This document shows, piece after piece, positions 38,207 to 50,840 of a stretch of 64,000 nucleotides of DNA. Each line of letters opens with the position of its first letter. Position 1 is the first letter of the stretch. The position numbers were made by a program, and so were the translations under genes. The notes under the pieces are model-generated. The model was not told the origin of the DNA. It was given only the letters and a program-made list of their open reading frames with translations, and did no database searches. The stretch spans positions 48,178,378 through 48,242,377 of the forward strand of contig NC_057718.1 of NCBI RefSeq assembly GCF_004010195.1, in the 5' to 3' direction. Origin of the DNA: Chiloscyllium plagiosum (taxonomy: Eukaryota).

Positions 38207-38323
38207 TGAACCGTCCACTGTCATAGTACCCCAGGATATTTAAGCATGATAGAATTTTGGTTCGTTCAGCTCATTGCAAGAAATGTTTGAGAGGTAAATT
38301 TGAGTCATAAAATGACAGTATTC
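38207..38323 (-). pseudogene. Decayed REJ-domain exon (117 nt, phase 1-1, one in-frame TGA)
   Basis: Strong acceptor ttttcattttttgccctttgtgcag|GA and donor TTCA|GTAAAG. Reads ILSFYDSNLPLKHFLQ*AERTKILSCLNILGYYDSGRF; phase-compatible with both flanking exons. Confidence 0.6.
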
Positions 38324-38870
38324 CTGCACAAAGGGCAAAAAATGAAAATAAATTAATGTTATTCTGATTTCTGACCTGGAAATAATGAATGTAATCCTGA
38401 AGTATATGAAAAACAGTGATGTATGTCTTATACTCATCTACTTATTGTACTGCTGCATAAACAAATTAGAATACATAGTGTTCATTTAATTGTTGATCCA
38501 TAATTGTTTAATGCTGTCTTCTATCGTATAATATCATTTAGCATACAATGTATAATCAAGGCCAAAATGTCTTGCGGTTCTTCCATTCTGATTTTCCCCT
38601 GCTTTGCTTTTGGCTTTGAAATCTGCATTTATGTTTTAACTCATTTCCCTTATGGTTTACATAATGAGTACACAATTAACAAAGTGTGACATTTGAACTG
38701 TGATTGCTGAAGTATAACAATAAGTAAGTGCGCTGTCTGCAGGAAATGTATATTGTGTTCACAAGGCTTTAAATATATTACTGGCAAACCTTTATGTGCT
38801 TTTGCTTTTGACATGTTGAAGGTTTTATAAAAGCAGGGGTTTCATGCTTTTGATTAGATTAGATTAGATT

Positions 38871-39135
38871 CGGGCAACATGGTGGCTCAGTGGTTAGCAT
38901 TGCTACCTCACAGCACCAGGATCCCAGATTCAATCCCAGCCTCAGGCGACTGTCTGCGTGGGTTTCCTCTGGGTGCTCCAGTTTCCTCCCACAGTCACAA
39001 AGATGTGCAGGTCGGGTGAATTGGCCACGCATTAGTCAGAGGAAAATGGGTCTGGGTGTGTTACTCTTCGGAGGGTTGGTGTGGACTGGTTGTGCCAAAG
39101 GGCCTGTTTCCACACTGTAGGGGATCTAATCTAAT
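38871..39135 (+). mobile_element. HE1/V-SINE-type SINE with internal deletions
   Basis: ggtggctcagtggttagcattgc head, V-domain and atctaatctaat tail; tcatgctt direct repeat on both flanks. Confidence 0.85.
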
Positions 39136-40299
39136 CATGCTTGGGGTAGTCTTGTCAAAAGACATTGACATATCAGCATGCAGGTGGGGGAGAACTAAAA
39201 AACATGAATAGGGGTCTGAGAACAGCCAAAATGTTACTGAGCATTGAAAGGGAATCCAGAATTTGTGATAAATGAATATTATAGATAGGGGCATTCTGGT
39301 GTCAAGAAGGGCTGGTTGGAAAGCCAGGACCACTGAAAAAATAATCTGTCAGTTTTAGGGATATGCTGTGCTTTGGCAACGTTGAGAGTGCAGAGTCAGG
39401 AAGCTATGTGTAGGTGTGGAGTCCAGAAAAACAGCACACAACACTGTTGTTGGTCCTTCAGAACATTAAGCATCACTACCCCAGACAGCCACTATATGTT
39501 GCTCTGTCAACTTTTTCCATTCAATTTTTCAATCATTAGAAGTAGGTTACTGATGAGTCTCTGTCAGCTCTGTTTAGTAGAGATTTAACAACTCTGAAGA
39601 ATGTCAAACATACTGTACTCAAATGAGTGTGTAATTTCATGGTTGACATTGGGACTGTAAGCTTAGACTTTTACTAATCTGCAGATTTCCAATCACCATC
39701 CCTGGTGTGGAAGTTTCACAAGTCTAAGATTGACACCAAGGTAACTGACTTTTCTAGGGAAAAATTATGTTTTCTTCTTTCTCCAGTCAGTTCTCTTCCA
39801 TATTGCCCTAAAATCTTTCAATCTCTGAATTTTTCTAAGATAAAATCAACTCTTGATTATTCTAAATTAAAACAAGCAAATAAATTCAATGTTTATAGTC
39901 CCTGTCTTAATATCAATACCATGTCAACAATCTTCCATTAACACACCAGGCGTTTTGCAGTCACCTGCTGACTAACACATACAGCATTAGGTCACTGTTT
40001 TTGAGGCCCTGTTTATTTTTTTAAACCCTTCACAAAAGTAACAGACATCGGTGTCAACTTGAAATCCATACTCCAATATTTATAGATAATGTATATATAA
40101 ATCTTGCACCACTCATACCTCCCCTAATGATGAATGAAAACACATTTTAAAGAGGTATTTTAATTTTAATTTCCCAGTTAAAATTCTTCATAACCCTATT
40201 TTTGGTTACACCAATCATCATAAAATATTGACCTAGAATTTAATGTGTTTCAAAGAAATGGCACAGCAATTAAACAATTACTTTGGTTTTGTCTTTATA

Positions 40300-42540
40300 G
40301 AAGACACAAATAACTTCTCAGAAGTGCTATGGAAGCAAGGGTATTTCAGAAGGAGGGACTGAAGAAAATTAGTATTGGTTAAAAAAAAAAAGTGCTGGAG
40401 CAATTAATAGGACTGTTATCTGATAAATTGTCAGAGTTTGATAATCCACATTCCAGGGGACTAAAGGAGGTTGCATGGAAATAGTGGACGTGTTGCTTGG
40501 CATCTTCCAACATTCCAAAACAGTCCTAGTAGATTTGTGAATGGCAAATGTAACCCCACTGTTTAAAAAAAGGAAGTAGGGAGAAAACTGGGCATTTAAA
40601 TACCAGTTGGCCTAATGTCAGTAGTGGGGAAAATGTTGGAATCCATTGTAAAGGATCAGGACATTTAGGAAAAAAATGGCATTATACAAAATCAGTATGG
40701 ATATATAAAAGGGAAATTATGTTTGACAAACTCATGGACCTTTTACAAAGATATAACTGGTAGAATAGATGAGGAAGCATCACTGGATATGATGCATTTG
40801 GATTTGCAGAAAGCTTTTGATAAGATGTTGTGAAAAATCAAAGCTCAAAGTTTGTGCGAAGATTTGTAGCTCGGGTGCTCGTTGTTGTGGTTCTGTTCGC
40901 CGAGCTGGAAGTTTTTGTTGCAAACGTTTCATCCCCTGGCTAGACGACATCATCAGTGCTTGGGAGCCTCCTGCGAAGCGCTTCTTTGATGTTTCCTCCG
41001 GTGTTAATAGTGGTCTGTCCCTGCCGCTTCTGGTTGTCAGTTTCAGCTGTCCGCTGTAGTGGTTGGTATATTGGATCCAGGTCGATGTGTTTGTTTGATG
41101 GAGTTTGTGGATCAAACACATCGACCTGGACCCAATATACCAACCACTACAGCGGACAGCTGAAACTGACAACCGGAAGCGGCAGGGACAGACCACAATA
41201 AACACCGGAGAAAACATCAAAGAAGCGCTTCGCAGGAGGCTCCCAAGCACTGATGATGTCGTCTAGAAATGTTTGCAACAAAAACTTCCAGCTCGGCGAA
41301 CAGAACCACAACAAAAATCAAAGCACATGGGATTGGTGGTAATGAATGGACATGGATTAAGAATCAGTTAACAGGCAGGTAACAAAGAGTAGAAATAAAT
41401 GGGGCAGATTTGGAGTGGGAGGCAGTGACAAGGATCAGTGCTTGGGCCCCAGCTATTTGTATATATAACAACAATTTTGAGTTGGTAATCAAATGAAATA
41501 TTTCCAAGTTTGCTGATGACATAAAACTAAGTGAGAATGAGTGTGGGCAGAGTAAATGAAGAGGTTTCCAAATGATTGAGACAAGTTGAATGAGTGGGCA
41601 AATACATGAAAAATACATTACAACATTGATAAGTGTGAAGTTATCTACTGTGATATAAATATTATTTAAAAGCTGATGGATTGGCCAAGATTGATGTACA
41701 AAGGGATTGGATAACCTGATATACCCTTTGTACCACAATCCCTGGTATAATAAGCATGCGGGTCTAGCAAGCATTTAGGAAGACAAATAGTTTTTAGCCC
41801 TCATTGCAAGAAGGTTTGAAAACAGAACAAGGATGTCTTACTATAGCTGCACAGAGGCTAAGTGAGACCACACCTGGAGTAGTGTGTGTGCAGGTTTGGT
41901 CTCTTTACCTAGGAAAGATGTACTTATCATAGGTGGAATGAAATAAAGGTTTACCAGACCAGTTCCTGGGATGGCAGGTTTGTCATCAATTGAGTCAACT
42001 GGATCTATAGTCACTGGAATTTAGAAGAGTGAGAGGGATCTCATTGAAACCTATAAAATTCTGATAGGCTCAATAGATTGGAAGTGGAGATATTTCCTTG
42101 GCTGGAAGGGCTCCAGAACAAGAGGGTCACATTCGCAGTGTGGATGGTAGTCCATTTTGGATTGAGATCAGGAGAAACATCTTCACTTACAGGGTGTGAG
42201 CCTATGAAGTCAGAGAACCCCTACAGTGTGGAAGCAGGTCATTCAGCCCATCGAGTCCACACTGTCCCTCCGAGGAACATCCCACCTAGACCCAAGCCCA
42301 ATGGCTAATTGACCTAGCCTGCAGATCCCTGAACACAAATTCTCTACTATAGAAAGCTGTGGAAGTGAAATCACTAAATCTATTTAAGAAGGAAATCGAT
42401 GGAATCCAGAAGCTGAATGTGTCAAGTCATATAAGGAGAGCTCGATAGTATGGTGTTGAGATCAACATGATCAGGTTGAATTGCAGATGGGACTAGATGG
42501 ACTGAATGGCCTAATTCTGCATCTATTTTATATGTTTCTA
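40300..42540 (+). mobile_element. Old CR1 LINE (RT to 3' end), interrupted by a Penelope and a SINE fragment
   Basis: ANVTPLFKKG, LDLQKAFDK, SKFADDIKL, RPHLEY and RRVRGDLIETYKIL motifs, degenerate. Confidence 0.85.
40845..41312. mobile_element. Penelope-like fold-back insertion of a different family
   Basis: 40881-41092 is the reverse complement of 41113-41312. Hammerhead-like GCA-CTGATGA-...-GAAAC-GTT-TGC on minus at 40920-40959. 12-bp TSD aaaaatcaaagc at 40833-40844 and 41313-41324. Confidence 0.88.
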
Positions 42541-42699
42541 AGATCCAAAGTTGTTCTTCCTGACATAATCAGACAAACTGATTTACGAGTTTGTAATAGA
42601 TTTTTTGAGTCATTTTGATGGTTCAATGGACGATAAAAGATCAAACTATCTAACCTTTTAACACCTCCATGTTATCTGGTCTAATTCCTCCACGATCAA

Positions 42700-43880
42700 C
42701 TTTTGAACATTCAATTACTGGTATATTCTGCTATTGCTTCAAATTTATGTTTCACTCCTATTTCTTTCAATTAATAATACTCAGGTATTGATTCTGATTC
42801 AAGTTTTGAATGCTATCTCTGAATTCTTCCATAATCATAATCTCTCTTACACTCTCAATTTTTTTCTCTAACTTTGGTAATTGTAATCACTGATCCCATG
42901 GCATTTCGTTTACTCTTGCAAACTTTACAAGTGTTTGATAAGGTTTCTTTCTTGTAATTCTGAATTCTATTTGACAAGCTCATAAGCATTGAATATTGCT
43001 TTTATTAAAAAAAAGTTTCAAAATCTGCAGATTGTTCTTTTGATAAACTTGCAAATATAAGACATACCGGAAGCTGGCAAAACATACTGTTATATCTTCT
43101 GGCCACTTTGTCCACTACCTTTTCAAATGAGGTGAGTTACATTCTCAGTGTATTTAAGCATTACATGAAGGTCTTTAGTTAAATCAAACCCTCATGGGAA
43201 ACAGAATCATTTTTGAAGTTACTACCTCCTATTTCTTTCTTTACTCTACTTTCCTTTAAGTTTTTCTCTAGCCTATTGTCTGATTTCTCTCTCTGGAGTT
43301 TAATTTTTAAAAATTCTATTTCTGCTCCCATATCTCTCTTCGCCATTCTTTGCTGCTCTCTTCATTTTATTCTTTTCCCATTGTTTTTTTGTTTTTCTTC
43401 CTTTACTTCTTCTCTTCCAATTCAATTCTTTTCCTTTCTCTTTCACTGTCTTGCTCCTTGAGTTTTCTTTTTTATTTCTTCTTATCTCTGTCAAGATTTT
43501 TGTTCATTTCTAACTATATCTTAGTTAATTCTGTTTGTGTCATCTTAATTTCAGGCTTCCCTTCTAATTCTAAATATTGAATGCTTACTATAAGCCTCTC
43601 CTTCTAATGAGAGCATACTTTTACTTTAATTTGCCTGCTAAATCTCTCAGTTTATCCTTAGTCAACAATTTTAAATAATCACCTATGATATGTTTCACTC
43701 ACAGAAAACCCTAAACAACATTCAAATTCATTTTTAAATGCAATCCATGCAATAATATTCACCAGAATGCTCCTGTGTGTAATGTTCTGAACCTCCATGT
43801 ATTTGTTTCTTTTAAAGAGACATTGACCTCCTCATAAATTCAATTAACTAAATCCCAGCAAAATCCTCCCACTTGTTATG
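42700..43880 (-). mobile_element. Degenerate Gypsy (Gmr1-like) gag with SCAN-like region
   Basis: Minus strand: K/E/R-rich coiled-coil (43250-43520), then FASLSKEQSADFET..IKAIFNAYELV..QTLVKFAR..REIMIMEEF. Possible LTR end and PBS (ataaca-agtgggagg...gggat) near 43850-43880. Confidence 0.6.
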
Positions 43881-44189
43881 GTCCCAGCTGATGTTCCTAC
43901 TGGAAAAGTCTATATGCATAATACATATATTGCATATATTTCATTTAATGTGTTGGTTATTTAATTAAATTAGGCACATAAAACTGCAAATTTTCCTAAA
44001 TAAAAAAGTTAATTACTAAAATGGAAAAAAAATTGAAACAAACCAAGCTGTCTAAATAGAGAACACAGTTTGAACGATCTAAGCAAAACAAAGTCTCATC
44101 CATGCCCAGTGCCAACACCTTACACTTTATTCAAATCCAGAAAAATTATCCTTTTACAGTATATCAATTCTTTAGGTTAGACGTACTTT

Positions 44190-44530
44190 TGAGGAGGTGA
44201 TGAACTAGTGGAATTATAACCGGTCTGCAATTTCGGAGCCCGAGGTAATGTTCTGGGAACCCAGACTCATATCTCGATGCAGCAGTTGGTGGGGTTAGGA
44301 TTCAATAAAAATCTGGAATTAAGAGCCTAATGATGACCAAGTTGATTGTCAGGAAAAAATCATGTGGTTTACTCATGTCCTTTAGAGAAGGAAACTGAAG
44401 TTTTTAACCTGCTGTGGCCTGCATGTGACTCCAGACCCACAGTGGTTGACTCTTAACTGCCCTCTGAGCAATTATGGATGGGCAATAAATGCTGGCCTAG
44501 CCAGCAATGCCCTCATCCTTTGAATGACTA
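44190..44530 (+). mobile_element. tRNA-SINE (second family), near full length
   Basis: aaaatctggaattaagag...gtgactccagacccacag...gactcttaactgccctctg...aataaatgctggcctagccagc; shared with 4425-4804 and 24688-24875. Confidence 0.75.
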
Positions 44531-45177
44531 TTTAATAAAAGGACTTAACTGCTACTCCCCAGTTCTGCACTGTGAACTATGAAGTCTTCTCATTTGAATA
44601 CTCATGAAAGTGAAAGCTGAGATTTACTCAGTATTTTACAAATCTGCAGATTTCTAACTAGCTCTTCTGATCTGAAAGCTTCACAAGCTAAACTTTTACA
44701 CCAAAGTAACAAATTTATTATGTTTACAAATTCTAGACTAATCTGTTGGCTCATCGATAAGTTTCTAAACTCTGTCTCCCTGCCACACAGAGACATCAAT
44801 TCCCTGCTTGCTACCTTGCTGTGTGCTTTAACAGCACTCTTTTTTTAAAAAATCACATCTTCCCTTACTTGATCCTTCATCCTTACTACTTATTTTGACT
44901 ATTTCCTATGACAAGACTGAGGCTTGACCTGTAAATATCATTATGCTAAATAAGAAAATCAAAATCTCATTTATTCCACAGTTGTATTATTGTCTTTTAT
45001 GACTATTGTGGTGATTTATTTATTTGCTATTTTTGTACGTGATACAGAATCAACCACCACCAGTTAAAGCTTATGTTAAAATGCAGTCACCAATCCTCCT
45101 TTCTCAACTAGGTTTAGAGTCCATTTAGTTAATATAGATCTCCAACATTAACTCTTTCAGGACCATTACTTTCATAA

Positions 45178-45648
45178 CATAGAGTCATAGAGATGTACAG
45201 CATGGAAGCAGATCCTTTGGTCCAACCTGTCCACGCCGACCAGATATCCCAACCCAGTCCCACCTGTCAGCACCCGGCCCATATCCCTCCAAACCCTTCC
45301 TATTCATATACCCATCCAAATGCCTCTTAAATGTTGCAACTGTACCAGCCTCCACCACTTCCTCTGGCAGCTCATTCCATACACGTACCACCCTCTGTGT
45401 GAAAACGTTGCCCCTTAGGTCTCTTTTATATCTTTCCCCTCTCACCCTAAACTTATGCCCTCTAGTTCTGGACTCCCCCACCCCAGGGAAAAGACTTTGT
45501 CTATTTATCCTATCCAAGCCGCTCATAATTTTGTAAACCTCTGTAAGGTCACCCCTCAGCTCTGATCCTCCAGGGAAAACACCCCCAACCTGTTCAGCCT
45601 CTCCGTATAGCTCAAATCCTCCAACCCTGGAAACATCCTTGTAAATTT
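45178..45648 (-). mobile_element. CR1 LINE 3' fragment (young family)
   Basis: ESRTRGHKFRVRGERYKRDLRGNVFTQRVVRVWNELP. Confidence 0.92.
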
Positions 45649-45762
45649 CCCCCTTCAGATTTTTTCCTCCAACTTAACACTATTAAACATTCAGACATAC
45701 AACTACTTTACATTTACCAGTAACCCATCCCCCCTCAAGTCTCAAACTTCACAAAATCAGGC

Positions 45763-46460
45763 ATAGAACATTATAGCGCAGTACAGGCTCTTCAGCACTC
45801 GGTGTTGTGCCGACCTGTGAAACCAATCTGAAGCCCATTAAAACCTACATTATTCCATTATCATCCAAATGTTTATCCAATGACCATTTCAATGCCCTTA
45901 AAGTTGGCGAGTCTACTACTGTTGCAGGCTACTCTCTGAGTAGAGAACCTACCTCTGACATCTGTCCTTTATCTTTCAGCCCTCAATTTAAAGCTATATC
46001 CCCTCATGCTAGCCATTGCCATCCAAGGAAAAAGGCTCTCATTGTACACCTTATCAAATCCTCTGATCATCTTGTATGTCTCTATTAAGCCACCTCTCAA
46101 CCTTCTTCTCTCTAATGAAAACAGCCTCAAGTCCCTCAGCCTTTCCTCATAAGACCTTCCCTCCATACCAGGCAACATCCTGGTAAATTTCCTCTGCACC
46201 CTTTCCAAAGCTTTCACATCCTTCCTATAAGGCGCTGACACAATACTCCAAATGTGGCTGCACTAGAACTTTGTACAGCTGCAACATGACCTCATAACTC
46301 CAAAACGCAATCCCTCTATCAATGAAAGCTAACAAACCGCACACCTTCTTAACAACCATATCAACCTAGGTGGCAACTTTCAGGGATTTATGCACATAGA
46401 CACCGAGATCTCTCAGTTCATCTACACTACCAAGAATCTTATCATTAGCCCAGTACTCTG
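45763..46460 (-). mobile_element. CR1 LINE 3' fragment (second family, as 59991-63025)
   Basis: ALERVQRKFTRMLPGMEGRSYEERLRDLRLFSLERRRLRG. Confidence 0.9.
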
Positions 46461-46944
46461 CTCTACCACTCTCAGTATTGGCTGCAACATTTGCGCTTTT
46501 CCACCCCAAGCCCCCACAATTCTCACCCTTATGTTCTCTACACTGTCTACATAGTCACTTGGTATACCTCACTACCTTTTCTCCACTTGCAGCAGCGCTA
46601 GCAGCTGCACTGCCCACTTTTACCTCACTCAGTCTCTCCCTTCTCTCATTCCAGAAGAAAACAGCCCATATTAAGGCCAAGAGAGTCAGGATGGTGATGG
46701 GGATCCTAACATTCAGCTCCTGATCTTCTATGGGGACAGGATCTTGGCCATTGCTGGTGAGTTCTGGAGCTGGTCCTATGGAGATACTCATACATCCATA
46801 TCCTGGCAACCAACTAAGAAGCACCATCCATTGCTGTGCTGTTCTTCCATTCTTCCACTATGTCATTAACATGCCACAACCTTTATCTCTTGTTCACATG
46901 TATTCTCTCTTTTTTAGTCTCCATGAAGATACCAACAGCATTAC

Positions 46945-47345
46945 CAGGGTCTCTGTCATCGAGACGGTGATGCTGATTTTGGTTGGACAAGATGTGTTGT
47001 TTATAAGGAGAAAAATATGGTGTTTGACAGCTAAAAATTGTAAAACAAATAGCATAGATGCTGGAAACCAAATACAGAAACAAAAAATGCTCAATGGGTG
47101 AGGCAGCATTTGTGGAGAGAGAAAACTAGAGCTAACTGACCTGTTGCATGGTTTCAGCATTTTCTGTTTTGCTTTTAGACTTGCAAAACATTTGCCTCCC
47201 AGGCATATGCCTCCCACTGTGAGGCTGTTTGGCCGAAATTCTCGATATGCACTCCCACTGATTGGGCAAAGTTCTGGGCAAAAAATGTGTGCTGTTCCGG
47301 ATTGCTAATAAACAATTGACAATTCAATAATTCAGTGTGAATTGC
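46945..47345 (-). pseudogene. Decayed REJ-domain exon interrupted by a 143-bp insertion
   Basis: Strong acceptor ttcttatttttctgtttctgaag|GC and donor CTG|GTAATG. Removing the insert plus one TSD leaves 258 nt. The phase-1 frame reads NSH*IIELSIVY*QSGTAHIFCPELCPISGSAYREFRPNSLTVGGICLGGKCFAIF...RLDDRDP(G), fitting the REJ 'AHI.C...C....L.G.C...C' pattern. Confidence 0.65.
47048..47180. mobile_element. Old minimal Penelope-type fold-back insertion
   Basis: tagatgctggaaacc...aaaatgctc...ggcagcatttgtggagagag...gacctgttg...tcagcattttctgttttg; 10-bp TSD ttgtaaaaca (47038-47047) / ttgcaaaaca (47181-47190). Confidence 0.65.
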
Positions 47346-48948
47346 CTTCAGAAACAGAAAAATAAGAAACAAGAATACTCACAAGTGAAATTGTTAATTA
47401 GCTTTTCTCTTTCTGAATTGGTATGCTGAAATTTGAACCTTTATGCATTAGTTACACATTATCCGCTTGGGAGATTGTTGAATCAGAAAAGAAGGCAACA
47501 CCATTAGACTGAGAAGTGTAAGATTTAATTAAACTGACAACGAAACATGTCCATACAAGCATGACTGAATTTCCACAGCCATCATTATATCCCCCTGGTA
47601 ATTTACATTCACTGATTATATACATCTACCAAATATTAATAAGAAAATAATTCTGAGCAAAATATTTTTAATGTCGACAGTTCACTGTTGTGAAATTGTC
47701 AAACATCATTTATTTCAATAATGTTAAATTGAATGGAGGGGGAAATAAAGTAAATTGTTTGTGGTGTCAAGTTGCGAGGTGAATAAAGAATGCTGTTTTA
47801 GGCAGAATCAAACAAGCAGCTGTTTAACTTTTTTATTCCATGATCCCACCCAAGACCAATTTTATTTTTAATGAGTGAAGTGCATTTTATTTTCAGTACT
47901 TTGCCTTTTTTCCTAATTAGCTGTGCATTTGTCAAGACTTTTGCAGATGTCAGGAGTTGTATGTAATGCACTCAAGATCTCATGACTCTTCATCCACAGC
48001 AACAAATACTGTGCTTGTACAGAGCAAAGGAATAATAACTAGAGTTGCTGATGTTTGCTAAAAGTTACCTATTGCACAACTTGCTATAAGGGAATAAGTT
48101 TTGAAATTGTAGAAGTAAGTTGCTCTCCTTTTGTGAGTTAGGTGTTGGTTTTGCAGAACAAAGGTTAGTGGGCACTGTGGCCAATTTGTGGGGCTTCTCA
48201 TTTTTCTGTAATTAATATTCAGAGTTGAACAGTGCAGTCCACTAGATGTAAAACCTCAATAAAACTTGTAGCTTTCCCAGCTCTTTCACAGTATATTTTT
48301 TTAAAACATCCATTTGTCTGTCATGCTCATAAACTAACAAGTGGCTATTCTCTCCACTTAGTGCACACTTACTCACGTGCTAACTGAATCCCAATTCATC
48401 CTAATTACAGCACTGCTGCTTTATCGGGAGAATTGATTATATTACAGTTGTTACTTCAATCCTTTGTTGTCCCTCAAGCTTATTGAATTCAGTTGAGGAG
48501 GAACTGAAGTGTACTTAAGGATGATTTTGCACTAAATTACTCCCTACATCTATAAATCATTATTAATTTTCTGCTTATGCATCAAAATAAAGCAACACAT
48601 GAGATTGCATAAAAATGGATTCAAAACCTGAATCAAAAATTAATGGTAATGCAATCAGGCTTAGAGAAATGAAAAACTGGTTAGCAAGGGCCTGTATGAT
48701 GGCACCACATATTAGTGGGAATGGAGTAGTTAGTTTGAGCCTTTGGCCAATTAGGATTATGGAGTGTAAGAACATTCATATATTAATATAGCAGAAATAT
48801 TACTTGATATTCAGGTAGTAGCAAATATGCAGTTTAATAAATCATCCCAAACAGACCAAAGAAACTAACAGTCTCCCAAAAGCTGTTAAGTAGAAAATTA
48901 CTCTTAAATACCACATTAAATTTGTTATATCAGGCTTTCAAATTTAAC

Positions 48949-49181
48949 CTGGATATACAAAAGTCAAACCATCTTTGGCTCAAAGGTGAGGGGAGGAGAT
49001 TGAAATGCAACTAACCAAAATAATTTGGTTGCATTGTTGATACCTGTCCTAGTTCTGCAGGCAACCTTTCCTTGCAATGAGATTGGAACAGTCCAGTCCA
49101 GAGTTTGATACAACCCCATTCCCAACCAAGTATGTGACTGAACACTTCATGCACTTTTATATAAATATTCAAGTTGAAAGC
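48949..49181 (-). pseudogene. Decayed exon-like block, early REJ region
   Basis: After ctatttgtatgaag| the sequence reads FQLEYLYKSA*SVQ...PISLQG...NNATKLFWLVAFQSPPLTFEPK/DGLTF, resembling 'LEYG.Y...A.VQ...L.LD.S.S.DP....L.F'. Boundaries are uncertain. Confidence 0.4.
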
Positions 49182-49277
49182 CTTCATACAAATAGGTTGC
49201 ACAAACACGTCAAGCAGGGTTTATTCTTATATACATCAAATTATCTGGAGCTTACTTGTTCATTGAGTGACAATCTT

Positions 49278-50258
49278 AGCATGGAATCAGGCCATTCAGT
49301 CAAAGCTGACCACGTCCCCAAACTAAACTATTCCCACCTATCGGTGTTTTGCCCATATCCCTTCAAACCTTTCATATTCATGAACTTAACCAAATATCTT
49401 TTGTAATTGTACTTGCATCCACCACTTTCTTTGGCAGTTCATTCATTACACAAACCACTCTGCATAAAGAAATTGCCTCCATGTCCTTTTTCAAAAACAC
49501 AGTTTCCTCATCTTAAAAATATGCCCCTTAGTTTTGACCTCCTCCACCCTAGGAGAAGGATACTTATTATGTGTGGCATAGATAAAGTGAACAATTTTAT
49601 AAACCTCAACAAGGTCACCCTTTAAACTCCTACAATCCAGTGTAAAAGTTCCAGTCTATTTAGATCTCATACTCTCCATTCCTGACAACATCCTGGTCAA
49701 TCTTTTCTGAACCCTTAATAATATCCTTCCTATTACAGGGTAAACAGCATACTCTAGAAGAGGCCTCAGTGCTAAATAGCTTCTTAACCACCCTGTCAAC
49801 CTATGACACTAAATTTCCAAGAATTATGTATCTGAACACTTAAGTCTCTGTTCAACAACACTACCTTGGACCCTACCATTAGTTTTCTAAGTCTTACCCT
49901 TGTTTGTTTTACCAAAATGCAACACCTCACACTTATCCATATCAAAGTGCACCTGGCTCTACTCAGCCATTGGCCCAATCGATCAAGATCTCTTTGTAAT
50001 CTTAGATAACCTTCTTCACTGTCCACTATACCACAACAATTTTGGCATCATCTACAAACTTAATAACCATGCCTCCTATATTCTCATCCAAATCATTTAT
50101 ATAAATGATCAAAAAAAGTCCCTGTGGAACACTACTGATCGTAGGCCTCCAGTCCAAAAAAAACCACACAACCTTCACTACCACCCTTTATTCTCTTGCC
50201 TTAAAGCCAGTTTTGTATCCAACTGGCAAGCTCACCCTGAATCCCATGTGATCTAACT
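49278..50258 (-). mobile_element. Old CR1 LINE 3' fragment
   Basis: KFVDDAK...DSEEGYLRLQRDLDRLGQW and degenerate 3' end. Confidence 0.8.
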
Positions 50259-50840
50259 TCAGTTAAGTGGTTTCGCCAGAAGATGCCAAGGGTTTAATAG
50301 ATGAGGAACAATATTAGCTGAGTTTCACCACCTACCAACAAAACAGTTAATTAAGGGCTGGAGTGGGTCATATGAATTTGTTAATAAAACTGAAGCTTAT
50401 GTGTTTAGAGTTTGTATGCCTTGAATACTTGCTTGGATATCTTGATTCAAAGCATGAGTAATTCAAGACAGGCAATTTACTTCAATGGTCTTGAGGTAAA
50501 CTTTCTAAGGAGACAATTACAATTATGCCAACTGACTAAACTAGAGAAAGGTGATCAACAATTTCAGCAAACTGACAACACAAAACCAGTCCTGCATATT
50601 GTTCAATAGTGTGCTAACACAAGTAATTAAGCTCAAAGTGCAGTGTTTAATGATCTTGTCATAACTTAAACTCCAGCTACACCCAATGTTTCATTATGCA
50701 TACTGCAGGCAAATAGAAGCTAAGATTTGTAAAAATATGTTTTGTAATTGTGGCAGATTCAGAAATTTCTGAAGGGAATGTTGAAATTAATTTACAACAC
50801 TTATTTTCTAGCAGGTGGAGTTCAGGATTTAAAGGTTTCC

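Noticed and set aside
43213..43580. Phe/Ser/Leu-rich 'membrane protein' ORFs
   Set aside because: They are the antisense of the purine-rich coiled-coil part of a Gypsy gag.
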